From Eledone cirrhosa (taxonomy: Eukaryota): a DNA stretch of 64,000 bases. Position numbers and translations under genes: made by a program. Below, in pieces: positions 1 through 15,089 of the stretch (positions within the stretch are counted from its first letter, which is position 1; every line of letters starts with the position of its first letter). Location: contig OZ024741.1 in assembly GCA_964016885.1 (NCBI GenBank), positions 190,960,001-191,024,000 of the forward strand, read 5' to 3'. The notes under the pieces are model-generated. The model did not search any database and was not told the DNA's origin. It saw only the letters and a list, made by a program, of their open reading frames with translations.

Positions 1-3000
1 TATATGTGTATGTGTCTGAATCTATCTGTATGTGTGCTGGTTATATATTTAGTAAATGACATATATGTGTATTGTCTGTATGTGTATGTGCCTGAATGTA
101 TCTGTATGTGTGCTGGTTATATATTTAGTAAATGACATATATGTGTATTCTCTGTATGTGTATGCGCCTGAATGTATCTGTATGTCTGCTGGTTATATAT
201 TTAGTAGATGACATATATGTGTATTGTCTGTATGTGTATGTGCCTGAAAGTATCTGTATGTGTGCTGGTTATATATTTAGTAGATGACATATATGTGTAT
301 GTGTCTGAATGTATCTGTATGTGTGCTGGTTATATATTTAGTAAATGACATATATGTGTATTGTCTGTATGTGTATGTGCCTGAATGTATCTGTATGTGT
401 GCTGGTTATATATTTAGTAAATGACATATATCTGTATTGTCTGTATGTGTATGTGCCTGAATGTATCTGTATGTCTGCTGGTTATATATTTAGTAGATGA
501 CATATATGTGTATTGTCTGTATGTGTATGTGCCTGAAAGTATCTGTATGTGTGCTGGTTATATATTTAGTAGATGACATATATGTGTATTGTCTGTATGT
601 GTATGTGCCTGAATGTATCTGTATGTGTGCTGGTTATATATTTAGTAAATGACATATATGTGTATTGTCTGTATGTGTATGTGCCTGAATGTATCTGTAT
701 GTGTGCTGGTTATATATTTAGTAAATGACATATATGTGTATTGTCTGTATGTGTATGTGCCTGAAAGTATCTGTATGTGTGCTGGTTATATATTTAGTAG
801 ATGACATATATGTGTATTGTCTGTATATGTGTATGTGCCTGAAAATATCTGTATGTGTGCTGGTTATATATTTAGTAGATGACATATATGTGTATTGTCT
901 GTATGTGTATGTGCCTGAATGTATCTTTATGTGTGCTGGTTATATATTTAGTAAATGCCATATATGTGTATTGTCTGTATGTGTATGTATCTGAATGTAT
1001 CTGTATGTGTGCTGGTTATATATTTAGTAAATGACATATATGTGTATTGTCTGTATGTGTATGTGTCTGAATATATCTGTATGTGTGCTGGTTATATATT
1101 TAGTAAATGACATATATGTGTATTGTCTGTATGTGTATGTGCCTGAATGTATCTGTATGTGTGCTGGTTATATATTTAGTAGATGACATATATGTGTATT
1201 GTCTGTATGTGTATGTGCCTGAATGTATCTGTATGTGTGCTGGTTATATATTTAGTAAATGACATATATGTGTATTGTCTGTATGTGTATGTGCCTGAAT
1301 GTATCTGTATGTGTGCTGGTTATATATTTAGTAAATGCCATATATGTGTATTGTCTGTATGTGTATGTATCTGAATGTATCTGTATGTGTGCTGGTTATA
1401 TATTTAGTAGATGACATATATATGTATTGTCTGTATGTGTATGTGTCTGAATATATCTGTATGTGTGCTGGTTATATATTTAGTAAATGACATATATATG
1501 TATTGTCTGTATGTGTATGTGCCTGAATGTATCTGTATGTGTGCTGGTTATATATTTAGTAGATGACATATATGTGTATTGTCTGTATGTGTATGTGCCT
1601 GAATGTATCTGTATGTGTGCTGGTTATATATTTAGTAAATGACATATATGTGTATTGTCTGTATGTGTATGTGCCTGAATGTATCTGTATGTCTGCTGGT
1701 TATATATTTAGTAAATGACATATATGTGTATTGTCTGTATGTGTATGTATCTGAATGTATCTGTATGTGTGCTGGTTATATATTTAGTAGATGACATATA
1801 TGTGTATTGTCTGTATGTGTATGTATCTGAATGTATCTGTATGTGTGCTGGTTATATATTTAGTAGATGACATATATATGTATTGTCTGTATGTGTACGT
1901 GCCTGAATGTATCTGTATGTGTGCTGGTTATTTATTTAGTAGATGACATATATGTGTATTGTCTGTATGTGTATGTGCCTGAATGTATCTGTATGTGTGC
2001 TGGTTATATATTTAGTAAATGACATATATGTGTATTGTCTGTATGTGTATGTGCCTGAATGTATCTGTATGTGTGCTGGTTATTTATTTAGTAGATGACA
2101 TATATGTGTATTGTCTGTATGTGTATGTGCCTGAATGTATCTGTATGTGTGCTGGTTATTTATTTAGTAGATTACATATATGTGTATTGTCTGTATGTGT
2201 ATGTGTCTGAATGTATCAGTATGTGTGCTGGTTATATATTTAGTAAATGACATATATGTGTATTGTCTGTATGTGTATGTGCCTGAATGTATCTGTATGT
2301 GTGCTGGTTATATATTTAGTAAATGACATATATGTGTATTGTCTGTATGTGTATGTGCCTGAATGTATCTGTATGTGTGCTGGTTATATATTTAGTAAAT
2401 GACATATATGTGTATTGACTGTATGTGTATGTGCCTGAATGTATCTGTATGTCTGCTGGTTATATATTTAGTAGATGACATATATGTGTATTGTCTGTAT
2501 GTGTATGTGCCTGAAAGTATCTGTATGTGTGCTGGTTATATATTTAGTAGATGACATATATGTGTATGTGTCTGAATCTATCTGTATGTGTGCTGGTTAT
2601 ATATTTAGTAAATGACATATATGTGTATTGTCTGTATGTGTATGTGCCTGAATGTATCTGTATGTGTGCTGGTTATATATTTAGTAAATGACATATATGT
2701 GTATTCTCTGTATGTGTATGCGCCTGAATGTATCTGTATGTCTGCTGGTTATATATTTAGTAGATGACATATATGTGTATTGTCTGTATGTGTATGTGCC
2801 TGAAAGTATCTGTATGTGTGCTGGTTATATATTTAGTAGATGACATATATGTGTATGTGTCTGAATGTATCTGTATGTGTGCTGGTTATATATTTAGTAA
2901 ATGACATATATGTGTATTGTCTGTATGTGTATGTGCCTGAATGTATCTGTATGTGTGCTGGTTATATATTTAGTAAATGACATATATCTGTATTGTCTGT

Positions 3001-6000
3001 ATGTGTATGTGCCTGAATGTATCTGTATGTCTGCTGGTTATATATTTAGTAGATGACATATATGTGTATTGTCTGTATGTGTATGTGCCTGAAAGTATCT
3101 GTATGTGTGCTGGTTATATATTTAGTAGATGACATATATGTGTATTGTCTGTATGTGTATGTGCCTGAATGTATCTGTATGTGTGCTGGTTATATATTTA
3201 GTAAATGACATATATGTGTATTGTCTGTATGTGTATGTGCCTGAATGTATCTGTATGTGTGCTGGTTATATATTTAGTAAATGACATATATGTGTATTGT
3301 CTGTATGTGTATGTGCCTGAAAGTATCTGTATGTGTGCTGGTTATATATTTAGTAGATGACATATATGTGTATTGTCTGTATATGTGTATGTGCCTGAAA
3401 ATATCTGTATGTGTGCTGGTTATATATTTAGTAGATGACATATATGTGTATTGTCTGTATGTGTATGTGCCTGAATGTATCTTTATGTGTGCTGGTTATA
3501 TATTTAGTAAATGCCATATATGTGTATTGTCTGTATGTGTATGTATCTGAATGTATCTGTATGTGTGCTGGTTATATATTTAGTAAATGACATATATGTG
3601 TATTGTCTGTATGTGTATGTGTCTGAATATATCTGTATGTGTGCTGGTTATATATTTAGTAAATGACATATATGTGTATTGTCTGTATGTGTATGTGCCT
3701 GAATGTATCTGTATGTGTGCTGGTTATATATTTAGTAGATGACATATATGTGTATTGTCTGTATGTGTATGTGCCTGAATGTATCTCTATGTGTGCTGGT
3801 TATATATTTAGTAAATGACATATATGTGTATTGTCTGTATGTGTATGTGCCTGAATGTATCTGTATGTGTGCTGGTTATATATTTAGTAAATGCCATATA
3901 TGTGTATTGTCTGTATGTGTATGTATCTGAATGTATCTGTATGTGTGCTGGTTATATATTTAGTAGATGACATATATATGTATTGTCTGTATGTGTATGT
4001 GTCTGAATATATCTGTATGTGTGCTGGTTATATATTTAGTAAATGACATATATATGTATTGTCTGTATGTGTATGTGCCTGAATGTATCTGTATGTGTGC
4101 TGGTTATATATTTAGTAGATGACATATATGTGTATTGTCTGTATGTGTATGTGCCTGAATGTATCTGTATGTGTGCTGGTTATATATTTAGTAAATGACA
4201 TATATGTGTATTGTCTGTATGTGTATGTGCCTGAATGTATCTGTATGTCTGCTGGTTATATATTTAGTAAATGACATATATGTGTATTGTCTGTATGTGT
4301 ATGTATCTGAATGTATCTGTATGTGTGCTGGTTATATATTTAGTAGATGACATATATGTGTATTGTCTGTATGTGTATGTATCTGAATGTATCTGTATGT
4401 GTGCTGGTTATATATTTAGTAGATGACATATATATGTATTGTCTGTATGTGTACGTGCCTGAATGTATCTGTATGTGTGCTGGTTATTTATTTAGTAGAT
4501 GACATATATGTGTATTGTCTGTATGTGTATGTGCCTGAATGTATCTGTATGTGTGCTGGTTATATATTTAGTAAATGACATATATGTGTATTGTCTGTAT
4601 GTGTATGTGCCTGAATGTATCTGTATGTGTGCTGGTTATTTATTTAGTAGATGACATATATGTGTATTGTCTGTATGTGTATGTGCCTGAATGTATCTGT
4701 ATGTGTGCTGGTTATTTATTTAGTAGATTACATATATGTGTATTGTCTGTATGTGCATGTGTCTGAATGTATCAGTATGTGTGCTGGTTATATATTTAGT
4801 AAATGACATATATGTGTATTGTCTGTATGTGTATGTGCCTGAATATATCTGTATGTGTGCTGGTTATATATTTAGTAAATGACATATATGTGTATTCTCT
4901 GTATGTGTATGTGCCTGAATGTATCTGTATGTGTGCTGGTTATATATTTAGTAGATGACATATATGTGTATTGTCTGTATGTGTATGTATCTGAATGTAT
5001 CTGTATGTGTGCTGGTTATATATTTAGTAGATGACATATATATGTATTGTCTGTATGTGTATGTGCCTGAATGTATCTGTATGTGTGCTGGTTATATATT
5101 TAGTAAATGACATATATGTGTATTGTCTGTATGTGTATGTGCCTGAATGTATCTGTATGTGTGCTGGTTATATATTTAGTAAATGACATATATGTGTATT
5201 GTCTGTATGTGTATGTATCTGAATGTATCTGTATGTGTGCTGGTTATATATTTAGTAAATGACATATATATGTATTGTCTGTATGTGTATGTGCCTGAAT
5301 GTATCTGTATGTGTGCTGGTTATATATTTAGTAGATGACATATATGTGTATGTGTCTGAATGTATCTGTATGTGTGCTGGTTATATATTTAGTAAATGAC
5401 ATATATGTGTATTGTCTGTATGTGTATGTGCCTGAAAGGATCTGTATGTGTGCTGGTTATATATTTAGTAGATGACATATATGTGTATTGTCTGTATGTG
5501 TATGTGCCTGAATGTATCTGTATGTGTGCTGGTTATATATTTAGTAGATGACATATATGTGTATTGTCTGTATGTGTATGTGCCTGAAAGTATCTGTATG
5601 TGTGCTGGTTATATATTTAGTAGATGACATATATGTGTATGTGTCTGAATGTATCTGTATGTGTGCTGGTTATATATTTAGTAAATGACATATATGTGTA
5701 TTGTCTGTATGTGTATGTGCCTGAATGTATCTGTATGTGTGCTGGTTATATATTTAGTAAATGACATATATGTGTATTGTCTGTATGTGTATGTGCCTGA
5801 ATGTATCTGTATGTCTGCTGGTTATATATTTAGTAGATGACATATATGTGTATTGTCTGTATGTGTATGTGCCTGAAAGGATCTGTATGTGTGCTGGTTA
5901 TATATTTAGTAGATGACATATATGTGTATTGTCTGTATGTGTATGTGCCTGAATGTATCTGTATGTGTGCTGGTTATATATTTAGTAAATGACATATATG

Positions 6001-9000
6001 TGTATTGTCTGTATGTGTATGTGCCTGAATGTATCTGTATGTGTGCTGGTTATATATTTAGTAAATGACATATATGTGTATTGTCTGTATGTGTATGTGC
6101 CTGAAAGTATCTGTATGTGTGCTGGTTATATATTTAGTAGATGACATATATGTGTATTGTCTGTATATGTGTATGTGCCTGAAAATATCTGTATGTGTGC
6201 TGGTTATATATTTAGTAGATGACATATATGTGTATTGTCTGTATGTGTATGTGCCTGAATGTATCTGTATGTGTGCTGGTTATATATTTAGTAAATGCCA
6301 TATATGTGTATTGTCTGTATGTGTATGTATCTGAATGTATCTGTATGTGTGCTGGTTATATATTTAGTAAATGACATATATGTGTATTGTCTGTATGTGT
6401 ATGTGTCTGAATATATCTGTATGTGTGCTGGTTATATATTTAGTAAATGACATATATGTGTATTGTCTGTATGTGTATGTGCCTGAATGTATCTGTATGT
6501 GTGCTGGTTATATATTTAGTAGATGACATATATGTGTATTGTCTGTATGTGTATGTGCCTGAATGTATCTGTATGTGTGCTGGTTATATATTTAGTAAAT
6601 GACATATATCTGTATTGTCTGTATGTGTATGTGCCTGAATGTATCTGTATGTGTGCTGGTTATATATTTAGTAAATGCCATATATGTGTATTGTCTGTAT
6701 GTGTATGTATCTGAATGTATCTGTATGTGTGCTGGTTATATATTTAGTAGATGACATATATATGTATTGTCTGTATGTGTATGTGTCTGAATATATCTGT
6801 ATGTGTGCTGGTTATATATTTAGTAAATGACATATATGTGTATTGTCTGTATGTGTATGTGCCTGAATGTATCTGTATGTGTGCTGGTTATATATTTAGT
6901 AGATGACATATATGTGTATTGTCTGTATGTGTATGTGCCTGAATGTATCTGTATGTGTGCTGGTTATATATTTAGTAAATGACATATATGTGTATTGTCT
7001 GTATGTGTATGTGCCTGAATGTATCTGTATGTCTGCTGGTTATATATTTAGTAAATGACATATATGTGTATTGTCTGTATGTGTATGTATCTGAATGTAT
7101 CTGTATGTGTGCTGGTTATATATTTAGTAGATGACATATATGTGTATTGTCTGTATGTGTATGTATCTGAATGTATCTGTATGTGTGCTGGTTATATATT
7201 TAGTAGATGACATATATATGTATTGTCTGTATGTGTACGTGCCTGAATGTATCTGTATGTGTGCTGGTTATTTATTTAGTAGATGACATATATGTGTATT
7301 GTCTGTATGTGTATGTGCCTGAATGTATCTGTATGTGTGCTGGTTATATATTTAGTAAATGACATATATGTGTATTGTCTGTATGTGTATGTGCCTGAAT
7401 GTATCTGTATGTGTGCTGGTTATTTATTTAGTAGATGACATATATGTGTATTGTCTGTATGTGTATGTGCCTGAATGTATCTGTATGTGTGCTGGTTATT
7501 TATTTAGTAGATTACATATATGTGTATTGTCTGTATGTGTATGTGTCTGAATGTATCAGTATGTGTGCTGGTTATATATTTAGTAAATGACATATATGTG
7601 TATTGTCTGTATGTGTATGTGCCTGAATATATCTGTATGTGTGCTGGTTATATATTTAGTAAATGACATATATGTGTATTCTCTGTATGTGTATGTATCT
7701 GAATGTATCTGTATGTGTGCTGGTTATATATTTAGTAAATGACATATATGTGTATTCTCTGTATGTGTATGTATCTGAATGTATCTGTATGTGTGCTGGT
7801 TATATATTTAGTAAATGACATATATATGTATTGTCTGTATGTGTATGTGCTTGAATGTATCTGTATGTGTGCTGGTTATATATTTAGTAAATGCCATATA
7901 TGTGTATTGTCTGTATGTGTATGTATCTGAATGTATCTGTATGTGTGCTGGTTATATATTTAGTAGATGACATATATATGTATTGTCTGTATGTGTATGT
8001 GCCTGAATGCATCTGTATGTGTGCTGGTTATATATTTAGTAAATGACATATATGTGTATTGTCTGTATGTGTATGTGCCTGAATGTATCTGTATGTGTGC
8101 TGGTTATATATTTAGTAAATGACATATATGTGTATTGTCTGTATGTGTATGTATCTGAATGTATCTGTAATTGTGCTGGTTATATATTTAGTAAATGACA
8201 TATATATGTATTGTCTGTATGTGTATGTGCCTGAATGTATCTGTATGTGTGCTGGTTATATATTTAGTAAATGCCATATATGTGTATTGTCTGTATGTGT
8301 ATGTGCCTGAATGTATCTGTATGTGTGCTGGTTATATATTTAGTAAATGCCATATATGTGTATTGTCTGTATGTGTATGTGCCTGAATGTATCTGTATGT
8401 GTGCTGGTTATATATTTAGTAAATGCCATATATGTGTATTGTCTGTATGTGTATGTGCCTGAATGTATCTGTATGTGTGCTGGTTATATATTTAGTAAAT
8501 GACATATATGTGTATTGTCTGTATGTGTATGTGCCTGAATGTATCTGTATGTGTGCTGGTTATATATTTAGTAAATGACATATATATGTATTGTCTGTAT
8601 GTGTATGTGCCTGAATGTATCTGTATGTGTGCTGGTTATATATTTAGTAAATGCCATATATGTGTATTGTCTGTATGTGTATGTATCTGAATGTATCTGT
8701 ATGTGTGCTGGTTATATATTTAGTAGATGACATATATATGTATTGTCTGTATGTGTATGTATCTGAATGTATCTGTATGTGTGCTGGTTATATATTTAGT
8801 AGATGACATATATGTGTATTGTCTGTATGTGTATGTGCCTGAAAGTATGTGTATGTGTGCTGGTTATATATTTAGTAAATGACATATATATGTATTGTCT
8901 GTATGTGTATGTGCCTGAAAGTATCTGTATGTGTGCTGGTTATATATTTAGTAGATGACATATATGTGTATTGTCTGTATGTGTATGTGCCTGAAAATAT

Positions 9001-10965
9001 CTGTATGTGTGCTGGTTATATATTAAGTAGATGACATATATGTGTATTGTCTGTATGTGTATGTGCCTGAATGTATCTGTATGTGTGCTGGTTATATATT
9101 TAGTAAATGACATATATGTGTATTGTCTGTATGTGTATGTGCCTGAATGTATCTGTATGTGTGCTGGTTATATATTTAGTAAATGACATATATGTGTATT
9201 GTCTGTATGTGTATGTGTCTGAATGTATCTGTATGTGTGCTGGTTATATATTTAGTAGATGACATATATGCGTATTGTCTGTATGTGTATGTGCCTGAAT
9301 GTATCTGTATGTGTGCTGGTTATATATTTAGTAAATGACATATATGTGTATTGTGTGTATGTGTATGTGCCTGAATGTATCTGTATGTGTGCTGGTTATA
9401 TATTTAGTAAATGACATATATGTGTATTGTCTGTATGTGTATGTGCCTGAATGTATCTGTATGTGTGCTGGTTATTTATTTAGTAGATGACATATATGTG
9501 TATTGTCTGTATGTGTATGTGTCTGAATGTATCTGTATGTGTGCTGGTTATATATTTAGTAAATGACATATATGTGTATTGTCTGTATGTGTATGTGCCT
9601 GAATATATCTGTATGTGTGCTGGTTATATATTTAGTAAATGACATATATGTGTATTCTCTGTATGTGTATGTGCCTGAATGTATCTGTATGTGTGCTGGT
9701 TATATATTTAGTAGATGACATATATGTGTATTGCCTGTATGTGTATGTGCTTGAATGTATCTGTATGTGTGCTGGTTATATATTTAGTAAATGCCATATA
9801 TGTGTATTGTCTGTATGTGTATGTATCTGAATGTATCTGTATGTGTGCTGGTTATATATTTAGTAGATGACATATATATGTATTGTCTGTATGTGTATGT
9901 GCCTGAATGTATCTGTATGTGTGCTGGTTATTTATTTAGTAGATGACATATATGTGTATTGTCTGTATGTGTATGTGCCTGAATGTATCTGTATGTGTGC
10001 TGGTTATATATTTAGTAAATGACATATATGTGTATTGTCTGTATGTGTATGTGCCTGAATGTATCTGTATGTGTGCTGGTTATATATTTAGTAAATGACA
10101 TATATGTGTATTGTCTGTATGTGTATGTATCTGAATGTATCTGTATGTGTGCTGGTTATATATTTAGTAAATGACATATATATGTATTGTCTGTATGTGT
10201 ATGTGCCTGAATGTATCTGTATGTGTGCTGGTTATATATTTAGTAAATGCCATATATGTGTATTGTCTGTATGTGTATGTGCCTGAATGTATCTGTATGC
10301 GTGCTGGTTATATATTTAGTAAATGCCATATATGTGTATTGTCTGTATGTGTATGTGCCTGAATGTATCTGTATGTGTGCTGGTTATATATTTAGTAAAT
10401 GCCATATATGTGTATTGTCTGTATGTGTATGTGCCTGAATGTATCTGTATGTGTGCTGGTTATATATTTAGTAAATGACATATATGTGTATTGTCTGTAT
10501 GTGTATGTGCCTGAATGTATCTGTATGTGTGCTGGTTATATATTTAGTAAATGACATATATATGTATTGTCTGTATGTGTATGTGCCTGAATGTATCTGT
10601 ATGTGTGCTGGTTATATATTTAGTAAATGCCATATATGTGTATTGTCTGTATGTGTATGTATCTGAATGTATCTGTATGTGTGCTGGTTATATATTTAGT
10701 AGATGACATATATATGTATTGTCTGTATGTGTATGTATCTGAATGTATCTGTATGTGTGCTGGTTATATATTTAGTAAATGACATATATGTGTGTATTGT
10801 CTGTATGTGTATGTGTCTGAATATATCTGTATGTGTGCTGGTTATATATTTAGTAGATGACATATATATGTATTGTCTGTATGTGTATGTGCCTGAATGT
10901 ATCTGTATGTGTGCTGGTTATTTATTTAGTAGATGACATATATGTGTATTGTCTGTATGTGTATG
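1..10965. repeat. 76-bp tandem satellite array (about 144 monomers, truncated by window start) with higher-order repeat structure
   Basis: Unit ATGACATATATGTGTATTGTCTGTATGTGTATGTGCCTGAATGTATCTGTATGTGTGCTGGTTATATATTTAGTAR recurs every 76 bp, with occasional 61-bp and 78-bp variants. The ORF-track peptides here are artefacts. Confidence 0.98.
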
Positions 10966-11573
10966 GGTGAATGCACTTCCATGATTAAAGTTGTTGGATA
11001 TGGATGGAGTCTAATATGTTTAATGTAGACTGTATGTTAGTGTGTGTGGGAGGATGAATGTGCCTGTGTGCATGTTATCTATGTGTGTATGTGTATATAA
11101 ATGTGTAGGTATGTGTGTGTGTGTGTGTCTATGATTTTGTCTGTGTGTACTTCTACTGTACTATAGTTAAAGTTGTGAGATATATGTGGGGGATAATATC
11201 TATATATGATGTGTGTGCGTGAATAGGCATGTTATCTCTATATGTGTGAATATGTGTGTATGTATGAGTTTGTCTGACTGAGTGTGTATGTCTATTTTTC
11301 TATATTTAAGTGGGGGTGCTGCAAACATATACTATGTAGTGAAGCAACTAAATATTTTAGCTCTTAACATCCTGTAAAGATTTAACAGAAAATGCTTAAA
11401 ATCTAGTTTGTTAATGACAGTATCTTTGTTTATAATTTTTATATTATTGCTATTAAAATTTACAGTATTAGAGTAAAGACTTTAATATTTAATGTGATGC
11501 AGTCATAGTACTGTTTTGTACTTTTCAAGAATGTCTTGCTAATGAGGTTTCATGTGGTACAGAATGTTAAGGG

Positions 11574-12017
11574 TTAATCAATCTAAATTACTCCCAAAGT
11601 GAGGAAAAACATTAACTTTAATGATTAACTCTGGACAAGAAAGGTGAGAGAGACAATTCTGAAATCCTAATTAATTGATGATTGAATGCAGACCACATTA
11701 CAGAGCGAGTTGGATCTATGGTAAGTACAGTGGGACAACTCTGAACATGTTTCACTCTTACTAGACTTCCTTAACAAATCACCGTTTTATCACCACTTAC
11801 CACACCATAGATGTCTGAGAGATACAGAGATTTTGAGTAGTTTGTTTTAATTATCATTAAAGAGGCTTTGCTAAAACTCTGGTTTTAGTGGCTACTACTG
11901 TTGGGGAGTTGTATATCTATATTTAATTATCAATTAATTAGGATTTTAGAGTTGTCCCCCTTGACTTTCTTGATCAGAGTTGATCTTTAAAGCTATGGGA
12001 ATAATCTAGATTGATTA
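11574..12017. mobile_element. Degenerate MITE-like element with about 115-bp imperfect terminal inverted repeats
   Basis: 11574-11697 (ttaatcaatctaaattactccca...aaatcctaattaattgatgatt) is an imperfect reverse complement of 11905-12017 (aattatcaattaattaggatttt...tgggaataatctagattgattaa). Confidence 0.6.
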
Positions 12018-12629
12018 AAACATTTAGTTGATTCACTACTTAATATATGTTAGCACTACCCTCACATAACTCTAGAACAATGGAAATATGCACACATACA
12101 CACATGCACACACACAGACACACACATACTGAGACAAATTCATTTGTAAAGTGCTAGCACTATTGTTGGGTGATTTATACAGAATGTTCCCAGTATGCTG
12201 AGATACAGTCTGTGGAAATATTTGGAGAAAGATGCACAGGCAGACATAACTACGCCCAGGTGAAGAATGAGTTCACAGTTTTTAAAAATTGTTTCTTTTT
12301 GTTGGGACATGACTGTCAAGATAAAAGATTTTGTTGGGTGTTGTCTGTCTGTAACGGAAGACATACAACTTGAAAGTATTAAATGTAATTGTTATTTGCC
12401 CAGAAGTAGTTATTGTAGAGGGCATCAACAGTCTTCTTGGTTTGTCTTATTTCAGTGAAGTCAATATGTAGTTGATCGGATATTTTGCTCTAGAAAAAAA
12501 AAAATATAGTACCTTAGTTATTCCTGAGTGTGTGTATATATGCATCAGCAAAAACATATATATATATATAAACAAGATGGCGTAGGACAGAACAAAGGAG
12601 AAGCACAAAAACAAAGAAAAGAATCCCCA

Positions 12630-12672
12630 GTCACTGAAGAGGTCACATAATGTGTGACGAAAGAACTTTGAC
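12630..12672 (+). ncRNA. Minimal type I hammerhead ribozyme motif (variant with one extra nt after the core)
   Basis: GTCA-CTGAAGA-G-GTCACAT(AAT)GTGTGAC-GAAA-GAAC-TT-TGAC. Stem I GUCA/UGAC, 7-bp stem II, CUU cleavage triplet. Confidence 0.65.
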
Positions 12673-12739
12673 AATATATAAACAATCATCTGGTTGTGGA
12701 ACCAACCAACCAACCGGAAATTTATAAATTCCTAAATTT

Positions 12740-13100
12740 CTAAATTTATTATAATAAATTGAAGTGAAAGTAACTGTGTTTCTTATTGGCAACATGACCC
12801 TCCCAAAGTATAACAATATCGGTTTCAACACACGTTTTCAGATAAAGAATCTTGCTAAACAAATTCAGAAACGAAATATATATATATATATTCCACATGT
12901 GCGTTTTATTTTTCATAATCACGCATGATGGTGAACTAGCCTGTTTTAAAACCCCTTTTTGGCATATTAACCAGTGAGAAATTTTGGTTATTGGGTTGAG
13001 CTCTGCTGAGGATCGAATTCCAACCGTGACCATCTCCACTGAAAGCTTTCGTGAAATAGTCTTCAAGATTATACAGAGAATTTGTAGTTGTCCCAAATTG
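12740..13100 (-). pseudogene. Possible highly decayed Penelope-like ORF fragment
   Basis: Minus-strand peptides IILKTISRKLS, FLNLFSK and IRNTVT loosely resemble the PLE RT-to-GIY-YIG linker. Weak. Confidence 0.25.
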
Positions 13101-13646
13101 AAGGATGAGTATTTTAAACTTTATTTTATCATGAGTTAAGGCTCTATTGATTCTTCCCTGGATTTCACTAAATTCTGTAGGATGAATCTATATCCTGATT
13201 CTTTTTGAGTTGAGTTTGAATTATTTTCCCCACATCTTACGTTAACTATTTTCCCCATTTTGACGCTATAGTCACTTATATATTATGAAATACTGTTGGC
13301 TTTTTGCTACAATATTTTCTATACCTTTCATTTATATATATATATATAGTTTACTCGTATAGATCCTTCCAGATTCGTTCTACGCTTCTGTCGGCCTGAG
13401 GTTTACCTGTAATGTAATCCCTTTACAATCTCTCTCTCTCTCTTTCTCTGTCTAGTTCATTTTGTCATATTTGTTTATCTTTACCGAGCAAGTGTGTATA
13501 TGTATATGTGTACATATGCATACTTACATTTATGTATCAGCACGGTCAGCCGTAACTTGCCTTGTATGTAAATGAGGCTACTCAGCTGATGTCTACTTAA
13601 GAAAATACTATATATTTTCAACCGTTCAACAGATTAGCAGAGGTAT

Positions 13647-13689
13647 ACAGTCCTGATGAAGGGCAATGACCCAGAAACATGTTGATTGT
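13647..13689 (+). ncRNA. Minimal type I hammerhead ribozyme motif
   Basis: ACAGTC-CTGATGA-A-GGG(CAATGA)CCC-A-GAAA-CATG-TT-GATTGT. 6-bp stem I, palindromic stem III ACAUGU, GUU site. Confidence 0.7.
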
Positions 13690-13957
13690 TCCTCAATGCC
13701 AGTGTTGAACAAACAGATGACGATTTGTCATCGGCACGGCACAGCTTTAATTGGGCTGTTTGTTTACAAACAAATCAAATATTATTATTAATATTTGATA
13801 TAACCCATACATACATATATATATATATATATGTATGTGTGTGTATATATATATATATGTGTGTGTGTATATGTATGCGTGTACGTATGCATACTTACAC
13901 ACATATATATATATATATATATATAGAAGTGATTACACAACAGTTAGTTCACCATAC

Positions 13958-13995
13958 CGAGAACAATTGTTTCACATTAGCGGATCCTCAGCTCG
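13958..13995 (-). ncRNA. Hammerhead ribozyme, family A (in the inverted pLTR)
   Basis: Reverse complement CGAG-CTGAGGA-TCCGCTAATGT-GAAA-CAATTG-TT-CTCG. Stem II partly decayed. Confidence 0.7.
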
Positions 13996-15051
13996 TAATG
14001 GGTATGGTTATACGGAACAGGAAGGACAACCGTACGAACGCGCATGCGCAGAAACCCATCACTTCACACAGGCAATACTAAAATGCGTGCAAGAGGTGTA
14101 AGGGAGATAACTGCGAAAGTCCAAAAAGTTAGCTAACAGCGGCTTCTTACAACCTATCACTTACTCTCCCACTATCAACAACAGCAATAAGAAAAGAAAG
14201 CGTAACAATAGACAAACTATCTGGTTCTCTCATCCCTTCTGACTCAACGTTAAAACCAATGTAGGCAAACAATTTCTAGCCCTCTTAGATAGACACTTTC
14301 CCATAGATCATAAATACCGCTCCATCTTTAACCGACACAAAGTAAAACTAGGATACTCCTGCGCTAAGAACATGAAAGCCCACATCACCAGCAGCCCTAG
14401 GAGCAACACCCCACCAGGGTGCTCTTGCCGTAAGCCCGAAGCTTGCTCCCATCAACATCAATGCAACACACCAGCTGAAATTTATGAAGCTGTGGTCACT
14501 TCCAACCGACCAAACCAACCACAGTAGGTCAAATCCTATGTGGGCATGGCAGAGGGCCGATTTAAGGAACGTTTCCTGAACCATCAGTCGACCTTTAGGT
14601 ACCCGGACAGACGTTCATCCACGAAACTCGCGAGCCACGTATGGTCCCTCAAGGACTCAAGTATAGACTACTCCATTCAAGGGAAAGCCATCACAGTCCA
14701 AGCCATACGCAAGGGGAAATCCGTCGTGTGGACTGTGTATTGATGAACGAATAAATAAATATTCTAAAGAGATTATGCAATAGTGATTGCTTAAACATGA
14801 GGAATGAATTTTTCACACGTTGTCCACACGTCTCGAAACACCTATTGAATAACTACAAAGCTCCGGATTGAATGAATTATTGTAACAACATCAATATTTT
14901 TTCTTATCAACTAAAAGCTTTTCGGACTTTCGCAATTATCTCCCTTACACCTCTCACACGCAATTTTAGTATTGCCTGCGTGAAGTGACGGGTTTCTGCG
15001 CATGCGCGTTCGTATGGTTGTCCTTCCTGTTCCATATAACCATGCCCATTA

Positions 15052-15089
15052 CGAGCTGAGGATCCGTTAAGGTGAAATAATTGTTCTCG
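15052..15089 (+). ncRNA. Hammerhead ribozyme, family A (3' pLTR)
   Basis: CGAG-CTGAGGA-TCC(GTTAA)GGT-GAAA-TAATTG-TT-CTCG. Confidence 0.8.

Noticed and set aside
725-10936. Many Cys/Val/Tyr-rich ORFs
   Set aside because: Translations of the 76-bp satellite. The unit is not a multiple of 3, and ORFs appear only where a variant removes a stop.
12140-12480. Possible host exon in non-repetitive sequence
   Set aside because: Short ORFs in several frames, none recognisable.
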